Part shown: piece after piece, positions 7,759 to 17,083 of the stretch
Position numbering within the stretch: the stretch's first letter is position 1
Layout: each line of letters begins with the position of its first letter
Source of the DNA: a virus
Taxonomy: Duplodnaviria; Caudoviricetes
Virus record (IMG/VR): IMGVR_UViG_3300003969_000002
Span: 1 to 30,507 of that record
Length of the DNA: 30,507 nucleotides
Strand: one strand, 5' to 3'
Program-made: the position numbers and the translations under genes
The notes under the pieces: generated by a model
What the model was told of the DNA's origin: nothing
The model's input: the letters and a program-made list of their open reading frames with translations, nothing else
Databases searched by the model: none

Positions 7759-8801
7759 GTGATGCTCCCCATGGTGCTCATGTTGCCCGTTGTGTTGACG
7801 ACATTGGCCGTGGGCGAAGTCAACACATAGTCGTTCTCCCCCGCTGCCGCACTGATAGCAGCGCGAATATGGCTCAACAGCAATGTCCCCCCAGGCTCAG
7901 CCTCACGCAGCAGCAGATCCTGTAACTCGGCCTGGACGGCGGCTTGCACTTCTGCAGTGGCCGGCACCAGCCCACTGATGATGAAATTCAGCGGCACCGC
8001 AGTGGGCGCGAGCACATAGGTGGCAGCCGTCACAGGCCGAACCGAGTCGATGTAAGCCTGCACGGCCGCCACCTCTGGCGCGTCGGGAATGATGGCTGCG
8101 CCAGCGCCATCGTTATCACGCACAAACCGCACGGTGACTGTGCCGAGGCCCAGTTCCTGCGGGTAGACCCATGCACGCGTTACTCCAGCGATCTGCAACG
8201 CCCAAGCAACATAGTCGGGGGCAGCACCTCCCTGTGGAGGTGTCTGTATGCGTGCAAGAAAACGCGCTCGCAACGCCTCATCTTGCTCAACGTCTGCACC
8301 ACCACTGAGCAGACCTGCGGTGGCCAAAGTTTGCACGCCAGCCACTGGGCTCACGAGGTTTAGCGTTTGCCCCGCAGCACGGTTGCCAGTGGCGGCGGGC
8401 TCCACTGCTTGTACCGGAGCCACTGCACTTGTGCCGCCGGCAGTCACCTCTACGGTGGTCGCGTATTGCACCCCGTCCAGAGCCTGCAGAAGCGTACCGA
8501 CGGGAATAACGGCGCCTACCTGCACCGTAAAGGTCACATCGCCGGTGGCGGCTGCCGCAGCCTTGCGATTTACCTTCCACATGGAGGCCCAGCGAACAAG
8601 CATCTCTTGCTCTGCAGTGTCGTAGGCGATCTGCCTGACCACCCACTCGATATAGCCATACAGACCGTGCACAGCACCTGCCAAGGCGCGGGAGTAGACC
8701 TCTGCCTCAGTGCGGCGCAGGGCATCGTCGTTCACTAGGCGCGAGAGCACATCGGTGCGGATGCGCTCCACCAGGGCGGCAAGCGTGGGGCGGCTAAACA
8801 T
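7749..8801 (-). CDS. Baseplate J-like protein (Mu gp47)
   Basis: True start MFSRPTL at 8801; GGADVEQDEALRAR, PPQGGAAPDYVAWA and GVTRAWV motifs. Confidence 0.92.
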   Translation of the reverse strand: MFSRPTLAALVERIRTDVLSRLVNDDALRRTEAEVYSRALAGAVHGLYGYIEWVVRQIAYDTAEQEMLVRWASMWKVNRKAAAAATGDVTFTVQVGAVIPVGTLLQALDGVQYATTVEVTAGGTSAVAPVQAVEPAATGNRAAGQTLNLVSPVAGVQTLATAGLLSGGADVEQDEALRARFLARIQTPPQGGAAPDYVAWALQIAGVTRAWVYPQELGLGTVTVRFVRDNDGAGAAIIPDAPEVAAVQAYIDSVRPVTAATYVLAPTAVPLNFIISGLVPATAEVQAAVQAELQDLLLREAEPGGTLLLSHIRAAISAAAGENDYVLTSPTANVVNTTGNMSTMGSITWL

Positions 8802-9237
8802 GGAGGAACTCCCAGACGTTGGTGAATCGAATGTCCAGAGGCACGCTGGCCCCGGTCTTGTAGATGACGACACGCAGGGCCAGCGTCTCCAGGCCTTGGC
8901 GCTCGGCCTGCACGTCCACCTTGGCGGCCACGCCGTCATCGAGCAGCCACTGCAGCGCCTCTTCGGCGTACTCTTTGGCCTTGGCCGGGGTGTCTGCCAG
9001 CAGCTTGGCGCGGGCCAGCAGCCACAGGCGTGAGCCAATGCGGTCCCCCTCCACCGGCGCAAAGCTGTCGCCCCACCAGCCCATGCGCTCGGTGCCGGGC
9101 AAGTCGTCGTCGGGCTGTGCGCGGCGCCAGGTGAACAGGCTGATGAACACGGCCCGCACCAGTGGCTCGGCAGACTGCAGGGCGAGCTGCGCCTCCCGGC
9201 CATCGATGAGGATGGTCAGTGGTTGGTCGGTGATCAT
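8794..9237 (-). CDS. Baseplate protein, Mu gp46-like
   Basis: ISLFTWRRA, GWWGDS, IGSRLWLL and YAEEALQWL motifs. Confidence 0.92.
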   Translation of the reverse strand: MITDQPLTILIDGREAQLALQSAEPLVRAVFISLFTWRRAQPDDDLPGTERMGWWGDSFAPVEGDRIGSRLWLLARAKLLADTPAKAKEYAEEALQWLLDDGVAAKVDVQAERQGLETLALRVVIYKTGASVPLDIRFTNVWEFLHV

Positions 9238-9242
9238 GGGTT

Positions 9243-9761
9243 CTAGTTAGGTGTGCCCGTGTTGGGCGTGCCGTTGGGGTGGGTGTGGGTAGACAGGCTC
9301 TTGCCGCCGCCCATTACGTTTACGTCGGCGGTGACGGTGCCTGCCACGTGCATGTTTTGCGACACCTTGACCAATGGGGTGCTTAGGCGAATCTCTGTGT
9401 CGTGAACCAGCTCCATGTAGTCCGCGCCCAGCACAACTTTGTGTCCATGCGCGTTGTATAGAGCGACCTCGCCATCCTGCAGGCCTTGCAGCCGGTACCG
9501 GCGATCGGCCACAACAATAGTCACGCCGTGACTGCGATCGCCGTCCAGGAACAAGGTGACATGCTCAGCACCTGACAGCGGCTTGGCAGTAAAACCAAAA
9601 GGCTCCAAGTGCTCCACCCGGTCTTTGGTTTCGCCAGCCAGCAAGCCCAGCTGCAGGATCTGCAGCTTGCCCAAGCTGTTGGCGGCCAGCACTTTGCCCC
9701 GCGCCACCATGTTGCCCAGCCGGCGGGCCATGGGGCCCAGCAGCTTGTTCAAGTCGGTCAT
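9243..9761 (-). CDS. Baseplate spike (Mu gp45/gpV)
   Basis: Start MTDLNK at 9761; EHLEPFGFTA, DRRYR, GEVALY and a C-terminal HTH (His-x-His) metal-binding tip. Confidence 0.9.
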   Translation of the reverse strand: MTDLNKLLGPMARRLGNMVARGKVLAANSLGKLQILQLGLLAGETKDRVEHLEPFGFTAKPLSGAEHVTLFLDGDRSHGVTIVVADRRYRLQGLQDGEVALYNAHGHKVVLGADYMELVHDTEIRLSTPLVKVSQNMHVAGTVTADVNVMGGGKSLSTHTHPNGTPNTGTPN

Positions 9762-10942
9762 TTCACATCGCTCCAGGCTTCGCCACCGCCCTTTTGGCGC
9801 TTGGCTGCTTTGAGTTGGCCTACCTTGTTCACATACCCGTCTGGCGGGCCCACGCGCACTTCGGTGCGCAGGCCTTTGTCGTCCAGCACCCACGCCACTT
9901 CGGCCACCAGCATGTCGGCATCGAAACCGATGATCGGGTCGCGCACACGCACCAGCTGGTTGGGCTGCCACAGCGTGCCGTCCTGCTGCCGCCATCCCAC
10001 TACGGTGTAGCTGGTCTGCAGGGCCTTGGCGGCACGGTGGGAGCGTTCGTAATTGGCGCGCTCTTGACAGGTGCCTTCATCAGCCTGCCCGCTTTGCTTG
10101 ATGACCAGCACACGCCGGCGCTTGGACCGGCTATCGGCTGCCACGCTGGTGCCCTCGCCTTCGGCAACGTCGCCGGCGAAGGATTCGTCATCGCCAGCCC
10201 GCTGGCCCTTGACGATGTAATCACTGAACACGCCCTTGTAGTCCAGCTCGGCTGCGCCGGTCTTGATGTTGACGCCCAGCTCCAGCGCCGTGGTGGCGCG
10301 GCCGCCGCTGGCCACGGTGATGAGCACCAGGTCGCCATGGCCGTTGTCGGTGCTGAGCACTTGTCGCAGGCGCATCATGCGGTCGATGCTTTCAAACACG
10401 CTCTCGCCTTGCTGCACCTGGTGGTCTGCAATGGCTTTTCCGGTGTCGACTTCCGCCACCACGCGCACACCATAGGGTGCAGCCAAGGCTGCGGCAATTT
10501 GCTCCAGCTTCTGGCTGCGCCATTGCACGGCGCTCTTGGGTGGTGGCTTGGCCACACCGGACATCTGCTCGGTGCGCCACTGGGCCACCACCGCGCTCAG
10601 GCTCTCGCCGGCGGGCACGGGGCAGCAGTCCACCAGGTCTGCAGTCTTGCTGCGGCCCTTGACGCCCACGCTGATTCTGTTGGGGTCGTAGTTGACGGGG
10701 GTGCCGTCCACGTAGCCAGTGAGCACCAGATCAGCGCCGATGAACACTTGGCATGCATCACCCGGCACGATGCGCCGGGGTATGTCGGTCTGGCCGGGCC
10801 ACCTGTCGGTCACCGACAGCTCAAAGCTGCGGCACTGCCGCTCGATGCCGGCCTCTATGCGCACCGACTTCCAGCCGCCGTACTCTTGCCCGTTGACCAC
10901 CAGGCGCACGGTGTTGCGGGGGTCGTTGGGCTCAAGCGTCAT
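9758..10942 (-). CDS. Baseplate hub (Mu gpP/gp44)
   Basis: YGGWKSVRI, GRSKTADLVDC and GWRQQDGTLWQPN motifs. Confidence 0.92.
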   Translation of the reverse strand: MTLEPNDPRNTVRLVVNGQEYGGWKSVRIEAGIERQCRSFELSVTDRWPGQTDIPRRIVPGDACQVFIGADLVLTGYVDGTPVNYDPNRISVGVKGRSKTADLVDCCPVPAGESLSAVVAQWRTEQMSGVAKPPPKSAVQWRSQKLEQIAAALAAPYGVRVVAEVDTGKAIADHQVQQGESVFESIDRMMRLRQVLSTDNGHGDLVLITVASGGRATTALELGVNIKTGAAELDYKGVFSDYIVKGQRAGDDESFAGDVAEGEGTSVAADSRSKRRRVLVIKQSGQADEGTCQERANYERSHRAAKALQTSYTVVGWRQQDGTLWQPNQLVRVRDPIIGFDADMLVAEVAWVLDDKGLRTEVRVGPPDGYVNKVGQLKAAKRQKGGGEAWSDVK

Positions 10943-12129
10943 CGGGTTAATACCTTCAGGGGAGTGGGCGGCACAAAGCCGGGGTGGCGCACTGCGTTGC
11001 GGGTGCAGATCTCGCCTTCGCGAGCTGCGTTCTCATAAATGTCATACGCCAGCACGAGGGCGGGTGTGGTGTCCAGCGGTGTGCGGGTGGTCAGGCGGGC
11101 ACCATCGCGGCCGCGCTCAGTCAAATCCCGCCACACCTTGCCACGGGCGCTCTGCAGCGCCTCGTAGCTGTTGTCGCTGGCATTCAGCGACTCAGCGTCC
11201 AGCGCGCCAGCGAGGGAATCGCGCAGCTGCACGGTGTCGTCATACACGGTGGCAGTCACCAGGCTGCTGGCGCCCACAGCCTGAGCCAGCAGCACCTGCC
11301 GCATGAGGGCGTTGGTGGCGCGAGTGTTCAGGTACGACTGGTAGCGTGCAGGCGTGTAGACAGCCGGCGCCGCTGGCATTGCAAAGCTGGCGTGCTGAGC
11401 CAAGCGTATGAGCGACTGCGCTAGCGCCCCCCACTGCAAGCTGCTGGTGGCATAGCCGGACACCCCCAGAAAGGCCACCACGGTTTGCGCCAGTGCAGCC
11501 GGGCTGCGCAGCAGGGCCAGAGCGGTCTGCAGGTAGCTGCCGGCGGTATTGGCATAGTCCAAGGTGCCCAAGCCGGGCACAGTGCCACCCGATACGCGCC
11601 CGAAAGACTGAGTGAGGCCGCTGGTGGCGCCCTCTTCCACAAAGTCGGGGAAGCCGTCTACCGTGAACACCTGGGCAAATTCATCGGCTGCAGCCTCCTC
11701 GAGTGCGGTGGCGGCAATGCGGCTCTGGGCCGGTGTGCTGCTGACAGCGCTGGGGAAGCTGAGCTCGCCGGCTTCAATGAAGCTGAGCGAGAACGTAGCC
11801 ACGCCCAGCTCGCTGTTGAAGCTGTAGCTGGCAGGGTTGTCCACCGCCACGTTGAGTGTGCCCAGCCAAGGGTGCACCAGTGCGCCGGGGCCCGGTGCCT
11901 CCAGCGCGGCCAGCAGGGCGTTGGCCTTGGCCACGTAGTCCACACCCACCACAAAGCCCTCAAAGCGCATGGGACGTGTGGCGCGGCCGTTGTCCTCCAC
12001 ATAGGGCTTGTCGCGCTTGGGGTACTCGTGCGTCTCGGTACGGCGTCCAGCGGTGCCGCTGGATTCCTTGACCTCAAACGGCACACCCCGGAAGCTGGCA
12101 GGGCGCAGGGCTTTGGAGAGTTCGGACAT
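10939..12129 (-). CDS. Mu gpN-like DNA circularisation/tail protein
   Basis: LRPASFRGVPF, HEYPKRDKPYVED, LVHPWLG and a C-terminal RNAVRHPGFVP. Confidence 0.92.
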   Translation of the reverse strand: MSELSKALRPASFRGVPFEVKESSGTAGRRTETHEYPKRDKPYVEDNGRATRPMRFEGFVVGVDYVAKANALLAALEAPGPGALVHPWLGTLNVAVDNPASYSFNSELGVATFSLSFIEAGELSFPSAVSSTPAQSRIAATALEEAAADEFAQVFTVDGFPDFVEEGATSGLTQSFGRVSGGTVPGLGTLDYANTAGSYLQTALALLRSPAALAQTVVAFLGVSGYATSSLQWGALAQSLIRLAQHASFAMPAAPAVYTPARYQSYLNTRATNALMRQVLLAQAVGASSLVTATVYDDTVQLRDSLAGALDAESLNASDNSYEALQSARGKVWRDLTERGRDGARLTTRTPLDTTPALVLAYDIYENAAREGEICTRNAVRHPGFVPPTPLKVLTR

Positions 12130-12185
12130 AGTTTTGCGTTTTCAACTTTGGATTACGATGCGGCCGAACAACCACAGGGAGGAAC

Positions 12186-12563
12186 ATGAAAAAGCTATTT
12201 GCAACTTTGGCCGCTGTTGTGGCCTTGGCAGCGTGTGACAGCAATACCGGCACAGCACTTACCAATGCCGCCAAACTGACCGTAGGCGCTGAGTCTGATT
12301 TCGTGATCAAGGTCAGCGGCACACCAGGCGCAAAAACCACCGGCAGCGTGATGATCGTCAAGCCAGACGGCACCAGCTCGCAAAAGTCCATTGAAGGCCC
12401 ACTGCCGTTTGAGGTCACAGCACGCGGCTTCATGGTGTCTGCGTCCTTTCAGAAGGGGCAGGGAAAGGGCGAACTCACTGCCGTCGTGTTCAAGGACGGC
12501 AAGGAAGTCAACCGCTCTGACACCAATGCAGAGTTCGGCGTCATTACGCTAGCCAGTCAGTAG
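12186..12563 (+). CDS. Lipoprotein moron, counter-oriented within the tail operon
   Basis: GGGAGG RBS, signal peptide MKKLFATLAAVVALAA-C with lipobox, beta-rich mature domain; fills the gap between tape measure and gpN. Confidence 0.88.
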   Translation: MKKLFATLAAVVALAACDSNTGTALTNAAKLTVGAESDFVIKVSGTPGAKTTGSVMIVKPDGTSSQKSIEGPLPFEVTARGFMVSASFQKGQGKGELTAVVFKDGKEVNRSDTNAEFGVITLASQ

Positions 12564-12564
12564 C

Positions 12565-14070
12565 TCAAGGCATACCGGTCGCAAATGACCGGTAACCCAC
12601 ACTGGTGTTGATCGGGATATCCGATCGGGCGATCTCTTGCTCAAAGCGCATTCCGGGTGGTGCGTTTTCAAACTTCACATTGATGGCGCCACTGGCCTTG
12701 ACCTGACCAGCACTGCGCATCAGGTTGGGCTTATTCATGTCGGCCAGGGGATCATCGATCAACTTATCACCAAGCCAAGTACCTAAGCTAGCGTCCTTTT
12801 CACCGGTGAGTGCTTGCACTGCGCGGTTAACAACGTTGTCGTTAAGCCAAGATCCGGCCGCATAGGCAGCGGCAAAAGCTGCAGTGAGTACTGCCAATTT
12901 TGCGGCCATGAGACCGATGGTGCCCAGGAGCGTGACGCCACCAGCATTGGCGCTGATCATGGCCATGGTCATCGTGCCAATGCCGCTGATTGCAGCCGGC
13001 ACAGCACCAGCAGCCAAGCCGTACAGGCTGATGGCTAGTTTTCCAACAGAGCCCACCATGCTCATAAGCGCAACGATGCTGGATAGGTTCATGAACACCA
13101 CCAGCGCAATGAGCGCGTTGCGGGTACCTCCCAGCCACTCAACCAGGCTTTGCAGCCCGTTGACGAAGCCAGCGGCGCCCGCCATCACCTTGTTCCAATC
13201 CACCCGCTCCATGGCGTTGGCAAAGTTGGTCACAAAGTCGGTGATCCGCGTGGTGATGACAGCGCGGTTAGCCACAGCCCACTCGATCGTGCGCTCCAGC
13301 ATGGGGCTGAGCACCGGCAGCAGCTTGGATGCGATGGTGTTGGCGTATGACTTGGTGACCAGGTTCAAGTCATCCAGCTGGTCGCCAAAGGCTTCACCCG
13401 CTTTGATGGCGCCATCTTCCACCTCGAGGCCGAGTTCTTTATAGCGCTGGGTGAGCTGGTTGATGCCCTCACTACCGCCCGACAGCAGAGGAGCAAGGTC
13501 CTGCCAGCTTTTGCCAAAAATGGCATTGCCCATGCGGGCGCGGGTGGCTTCGTTGGTGTTGCGGGCGAACAGGTCTGCAATCTCTGGCATGAGGTCGGCA
13601 CTGGTGCGCAGCGCACCGTTTGCACCACGCACGCTGATGCCTGCCTTCGTGAACAAGGCAGCCAAGTCTTTGTTTTTGCCAGCAGCGGTCTCGGCAATTT
13701 GCTTGTTCAATCGGCCCATGGTGCTGGTGAGCGAGGCCACATCCACACCGGACTGGCCTGCCACGTAGCTCCAGCGCTGGAACTCGCCAATGCCCACCCC
13801 GGCTTTCTGGCTGCCTTTGGCCACCTCATCACCCAGGATCGCAAAGTTTTTGGCAGCCTGCACTACACCTGCCACGCTGAAGCCTGCAGCCAAGCCACCC
13901 AGCAGGCCCACAGGCAGCGCGAGGTTCTCGGCCAGCTTGAGGGAGCCACTGCCGATATCAGCTATGTGCTTGCGGGTGCTGCGAGTGGCTTTGTTGACGC
14001 TGTCCAGCGTCTTGAGCAGGCCCGCTGCACTCGCTGACAGCACTGCCTTGAGTTGCCAGTTTTCAGCCAT
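12565..14070 (-). CDS. Tail tape measure protein
   Basis: Ala/Gly-rich helical protein with hydrophobic segments, following the chaperone genes. Confidence 0.85.
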   Translation of the reverse strand: MAENWQLKAVLSASAAGLLKTLDSVNKATRSTRKHIADIGSGSLKLAENLALPVGLLGGLAAGFSVAGVVQAAKNFAILGDEVAKGSQKAGVGIGEFQRWSYVAGQSGVDVASLTSTMGRLNKQIAETAAGKNKDLAALFTKAGISVRGANGALRTSADLMPEIADLFARNTNEATRARMGNAIFGKSWQDLAPLLSGGSEGINQLTQRYKELGLEVEDGAIKAGEAFGDQLDDLNLVTKSYANTIASKLLPVLSPMLERTIEWAVANRAVITTRITDFVTNFANAMERVDWNKVMAGAAGFVNGLQSLVEWLGGTRNALIALVVFMNLSSIVALMSMVGSVGKLAISLYGLAAGAVPAAISGIGTMTMAMISANAGGVTLLGTIGLMAAKLAVLTAAFAAAYAAGSWLNDNVVNRAVQALTGEKDASLGTWLGDKLIDDPLADMNKPNLMRSAGQVKASGAINVKFENAPPGMRFEQEIARSDIPINTSVGYRSFATGMP

Positions 14071-14075
14071 GGCGT

Positions 14076-14243
14076 TCAGTCCTCATTGATTTTGGGCGCC
14101 AAGCGTTCTGCCTGGCGGGCGTACAGGTCGTACCGGCTGAGCGGCATGGCGAGGAGGACGGCAGGATCTAGCCGCCAGAAGTAGGCCACCTCAAAGAGGC
14201 GGTCTACAAACTGGTTTATGTCCCCTCGCCCTGCAACAAAGGG
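14076..14243 (-). CDS. Frameshift extension (T part) of the tail assembly chaperone
   Basis: -1 frame after CCCTTTG reads PFVAGRGDINQFVDRLFEVAYFWRLDP...; no convincing independent start. Confidence 0.75.
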   Translation of the reverse strand, partial: PFVAGRGDINQFVDRLFEVAYFWRLDPAVLLAMPLSRYDLYARQAERLAPKINED

Positions 14244-14512
14244 AGAAGCAGCTCCTGGCACTTCATGAAGTCGGCCAGGTGCAGATCCTTGACGCTGCTG
14301 GGTGGAATGCCCCCAAGCTTGGAGATGTACGCGCCGATGACTTTGGCGCGGATCTCCATGCCCGAATCGCCTGTGGCGCTGGGGATGATGAGAATGGGCG
14401 AGCCAATCTGCATCAGATCCTCAGGCACAGGCTCGCGCAGGGTCAGAGTGGTGATCTCTTGGCCATGCGCTTTGATGGGCTTTTTCAGCTCAATGGTGAG
14501 CGCGTCAGCCAT
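14216..14512 (-). CDS. Tail assembly chaperone (Mu gp41/lambda G-like)
   Basis: IELKKPIKAHGQEITTLTLREP; ATG 14512 overlaps the tube stop (TAATG). Confidence 0.88.
   Translation of the reverse strand: MADALTIELKKPIKAHGQEITTLTLREPVPEDLMQIGSPILIIPSATGDSGMEIRAKVIGAYISKLGGIPPSSVKDLHLADFMKCQELLLPLLQGEGT
14237..14243 (-). promoter_or_regulatory. -1 ribosomal frameshift heptamer C CCT TTG
   Basis: X XXY YYZ pattern in the correct phase, near the 3' end of the chaperone gene, joining it to the downstream ORF. Confidence 0.75.
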
Positions 14513-14874
14513 TACTTCCACTCCCCATCGGTGCCACCGAACTCCAGCTCTGCAGTGCCGTCGTCGCCCTTGTGGGCCGACTCACCACCGAACCAGGCGC
14601 CGGACAAGGTGTACACATCGCCGTTTGCGAACTCGGCAGTGACCGTCATGTCAGTGGCTGTTTCCAGCTTGGCTTTGGGGAAGCCGGGCACCAAGATGGC
14701 GGTGACCTTGACGTAGGGTGCGATGGGCGTCTCTTTGTAGCCCACGGTGCGTGCAGCGCTTTGCACGGCCTCTTTTTTGTTCTTGGCCAAGGGGGCCTCA
14801 AGGCCGCCCGAGACTTCGATCTGCTCGCCGTCCACTTTGATGTAGCAGACGCCTGCCAGTCGTTTACTTGCCAT
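14512..14874 (-). CDS. Tail tube protein (Mu gpM-like)
   Basis: RLAGVCYIKVDG, GYKETP and TAEFANGDVYTLSGAW; follows the sheath gene. Confidence 0.9.
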   Translation of the reverse strand: MASKRLAGVCYIKVDGEQIEVSGGLEAPLAKNKKEAVQSAARTVGYKETPIAPYVKVTAILVPGFPKAKLETATDMTVTAEFANGDVYTLSGAWFGGESAHKGDDGTAELEFGGTDGEWK

Positions 14875-14914
14875 GGTGTTGAGTTCCTTTCAATGAACCG
14901 GGGTTGTGCCTGGC

Positions 14915-16423
14915 TTAGGCGTTGGCTGCGTACTGCAGGCGGAACTGGTTGAGCACCGCAAAGATGCGCAAACCGTTGATGAGGTCAGGCGGCAGCAGCA
15001 CGTCCAAGCGGTTGGGGTTGGTGCCGTTGCGCTCCACGATCAAGTACTTCTTGAACAGGGCAACGTTCTCCACCAGGCCATCGCGCTCCATGTCCAAGTA
15101 CTCGGCCACCAGCTCGCCACGGATGACGTTGGGCGTGACGATGGCTTGGCCGGGGCCGAAGTTGGTGCCATCGTCCGCCAGCTTGTGGCGTGGGTACTTG
15201 TTGGTGATGCGGCTGCGCAGGCGGCGGGTGACCTCGGTGAGGGTGTGCAGGGTCTCGCTGTCCAGGTAGCTCGGGTCGGCCTGGTTAAAGGCGTTCTTTT
15301 GGTACGTGGTGATGGCGCGCTCCACACGCACCACGCCGGGGCCGTAGCTGCTGGTGGCGATGCCGTAGCTGAGCAGGCTCTGGCGCTCGGTGAGCAGGAA
15401 GCGCTTGCCGGGGCGTGGCGCCAGGATGCCGTTGAGCACGGTGGTCTGGGTGGGGCGGGCGGCGTCTGCGTTCAGGCAGACGGCGTTGGCACCACCGTAG
15501 GCGGCCGAGTACTCCCAAGCGGGGTTCGGGCAGTCCACATCGATCGCGGCCAGGCAATGGTGCGAGCCGTTGCGCAGAGCACCAGCTGTGGTGAGTACCG
15601 CAAGCGAGCCGCGCAACGCAGAGTAGGCGTGACCGTAGACCTGGCGGGCCCAGCTCCAGCGGCCGGTGCTTTCATTGAGCTCAGCATCGATGGCGTCCAG
15701 GCTGGCGCTGTCGGTGTAGGGGTGGATGATGTAGTCGTACTCTTCATCGCCCAGTGCGGTGATCGGTGCGCCGGTGAGCGTGGGGTTGAGCGTGCCGTTT
15801 GCCAGCTGGCCAGTGCCGCTGTAGGCAAGTGCCACGCCAGTGGGCAGTGCCTCGCCACCGCTGGCGCCACGGAAGCTGTCCAGCATGGTGATGTCGTTGC
15901 CGGTTAGGCCCTTCCAGCGGCAGGTCAGGGTGACAACGTTGGTGGTCACGCTGCTGGTGACCGGCAGGTTGGTGGCCGCGTTGATGGCTGCGTTGATGCT
16001 GGTGGCGATGGCGTTGGCGGTGTCGCCGGATGCCACAGGCACGCTGACCAGCTGACCCGCGATATACAGAGGGATGGTGCCGGCTGCAGTAGCAGGGCCG
16101 CTGACGGTGATGGTGCCGTTGGAAGCAACACCTGCGCCGGCATCAGCTACTGCCAGGCACCAGACCTCGCCAAACGGGTCTTGTGCGCGGAAGAGCTCGT
16201 GCATGCGGGCGAGCATGGAGCCCACGCCAAACAGGGCCTTGGCCTGATCGGTGGTGGACACCAGCACGGGCACGTTCACGGCTTGGCTGCCGGCGGCCAG
16301 CTTTTGGCCGATGAGCATGGCGCGCTTGTTTTGCGTGAAGTAGCCTGCCTGGCTGTTGTCCATCTCCGCGTAGAAGAGGGGCACCCGCACGCCGGCAGGG
16401 ATCTTGTTGAACGAAACAGTCAT
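14915..16423 (-). CDS. Tail sheath protein (Mu gpL-like)
   Basis: RVPLFYAEMDNSQA, FGVGSMLARM, YPRHKLADDG and PDLINGLRIFA motifs. Confidence 0.95.
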   Translation of the reverse strand: MTVSFNKIPAGVRVPLFYAEMDNSQAGYFTQNKRAMLIGQKLAAGSQAVNVPVLVSTTDQAKALFGVGSMLARMHELFRAQDPFGEVWCLAVADAGAGVASNGTITVSGPATAAGTIPLYIAGQLVSVPVASGDTANAIATSINAAINAATNLPVTSSVTTNVVTLTCRWKGLTGNDITMLDSFRGASGGEALPTGVALAYSGTGQLANGTLNPTLTGAPITALGDEEYDYIIHPYTDSASLDAIDAELNESTGRWSWARQVYGHAYSALRGSLAVLTTAGALRNGSHHCLAAIDVDCPNPAWEYSAAYGGANAVCLNADAARPTQTTVLNGILAPRPGKRFLLTERQSLLSYGIATSSYGPGVVRVERAITTYQKNAFNQADPSYLDSETLHTLTEVTRRLRSRITNKYPRHKLADDGTNFGPGQAIVTPNVIRGELVAEYLDMERDGLVENVALFKKYLIVERNGTNPNRLDVLLPPDLINGLRIFAVLNQFRLQYAANA

Positions 16424-16448
16424 GGGAGTGGACTCCTAGGTAGGGACG

Positions 16449-16473
16449 AAAAAAAGCCCGCTGGTAGGCGGGC
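16449..16473 (-). terminator. Terminator-like hairpin upstream of the sheath gene
   Basis: Minus strand reads GCCCGC-CTACCA-GCGGGC-T7. Confidence 0.75.
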
Positions 16474-16495
16474 ATGCGGTAACGGGTGGCTACCT

Positions 16496-17080
16496 CTATG
16501 CGAGGTTGCCGGTGCGGGGCCAGGCCCCGCCGGTTTCATTGCGGCCATCAGGGCCGGTGGCCCCACGGTTGGGGTCGAAAGGCTCAATGGCATCGACCTG
16601 CACATTCAGACCATCAAAGTGCGGCAGGCCGTTGAGCTCGGTACCGCGCCAGCCATCGGCATCGCTGATCTGGGTGGTGGCGGAAAACTCGTACTGGAAC
16701 CACATCTCAGCGCGGTCCAGCTTCATGAGCTGGCCGCCCTCGTAGACGATGGGGTCGTACTCTTCACTCGGGCACCAGCCCAGCAGTGCAGCCCACAGCA
16801 GGGTGCGCATGTTGTGGGCGTTGAGTGCGCTGGCCTGCCCTTTTTCGTCGGGCAGGTTGCTCATCACCACCACGACGGCGAAGCTGTCGGTGATGTCCTG
16901 CCGGGCGGTGTTGCCTGCCAGGCGCTCGCTGGCGTTGTCATCGAGCGGGATCACGTAGGCGCACGGTGTGGGCAGTGCGGACTTTTCGCTCAGCGCCTTG
17001 AACTGGGCAGCGCCGCCCACGCGGCCGCTGAAGATAGGCAGGCGCGTGCGCAGGGCTTGGATGATGGGTTCTAGTTCCAT
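16496..17080 (-). CDS. Tail terminator/completion protein
   Basis: GRVGGAA, AYVIP, LWAALLGW and YQF-like (FQYEF) motifs; located before the sheath. Confidence 0.75.
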   Translation of the reverse strand: MELEPIIQALRTRLPIFSGRVGGAAQFKALSEKSALPTPCAYVIPLDDNASERLAGNTARQDITDSFAVVVVMSNLPDEKGQASALNAHNMRTLLWAALLGWCPSEEYDPIVYEGGQLMKLDRAEMWFQYEFSATTQISDADGWRGTELNGLPHFDGLNVQVDAIEPFDPNRGATGPDGRNETGGAWPRTGNLA

Positions 17081-17083
17081 GCC

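Noticed and set aside
8802-9203. N-terminal extensions in the ORF track (baseplate J; also spike to 9995, terS to 26441, holin-like to 4843)
   Set aside because: They overlap upstream genes; family-like sequence begins at the internal ATGs used above.
9794-11038. Long + strand ORFs (also 2449-3381, 14906-15907, 16181-17074, 20720-22033, 28465-29826)
   Set aside because: Antisense shadows of well-supported phage genes in high-GC DNA; no motifs or RBS.
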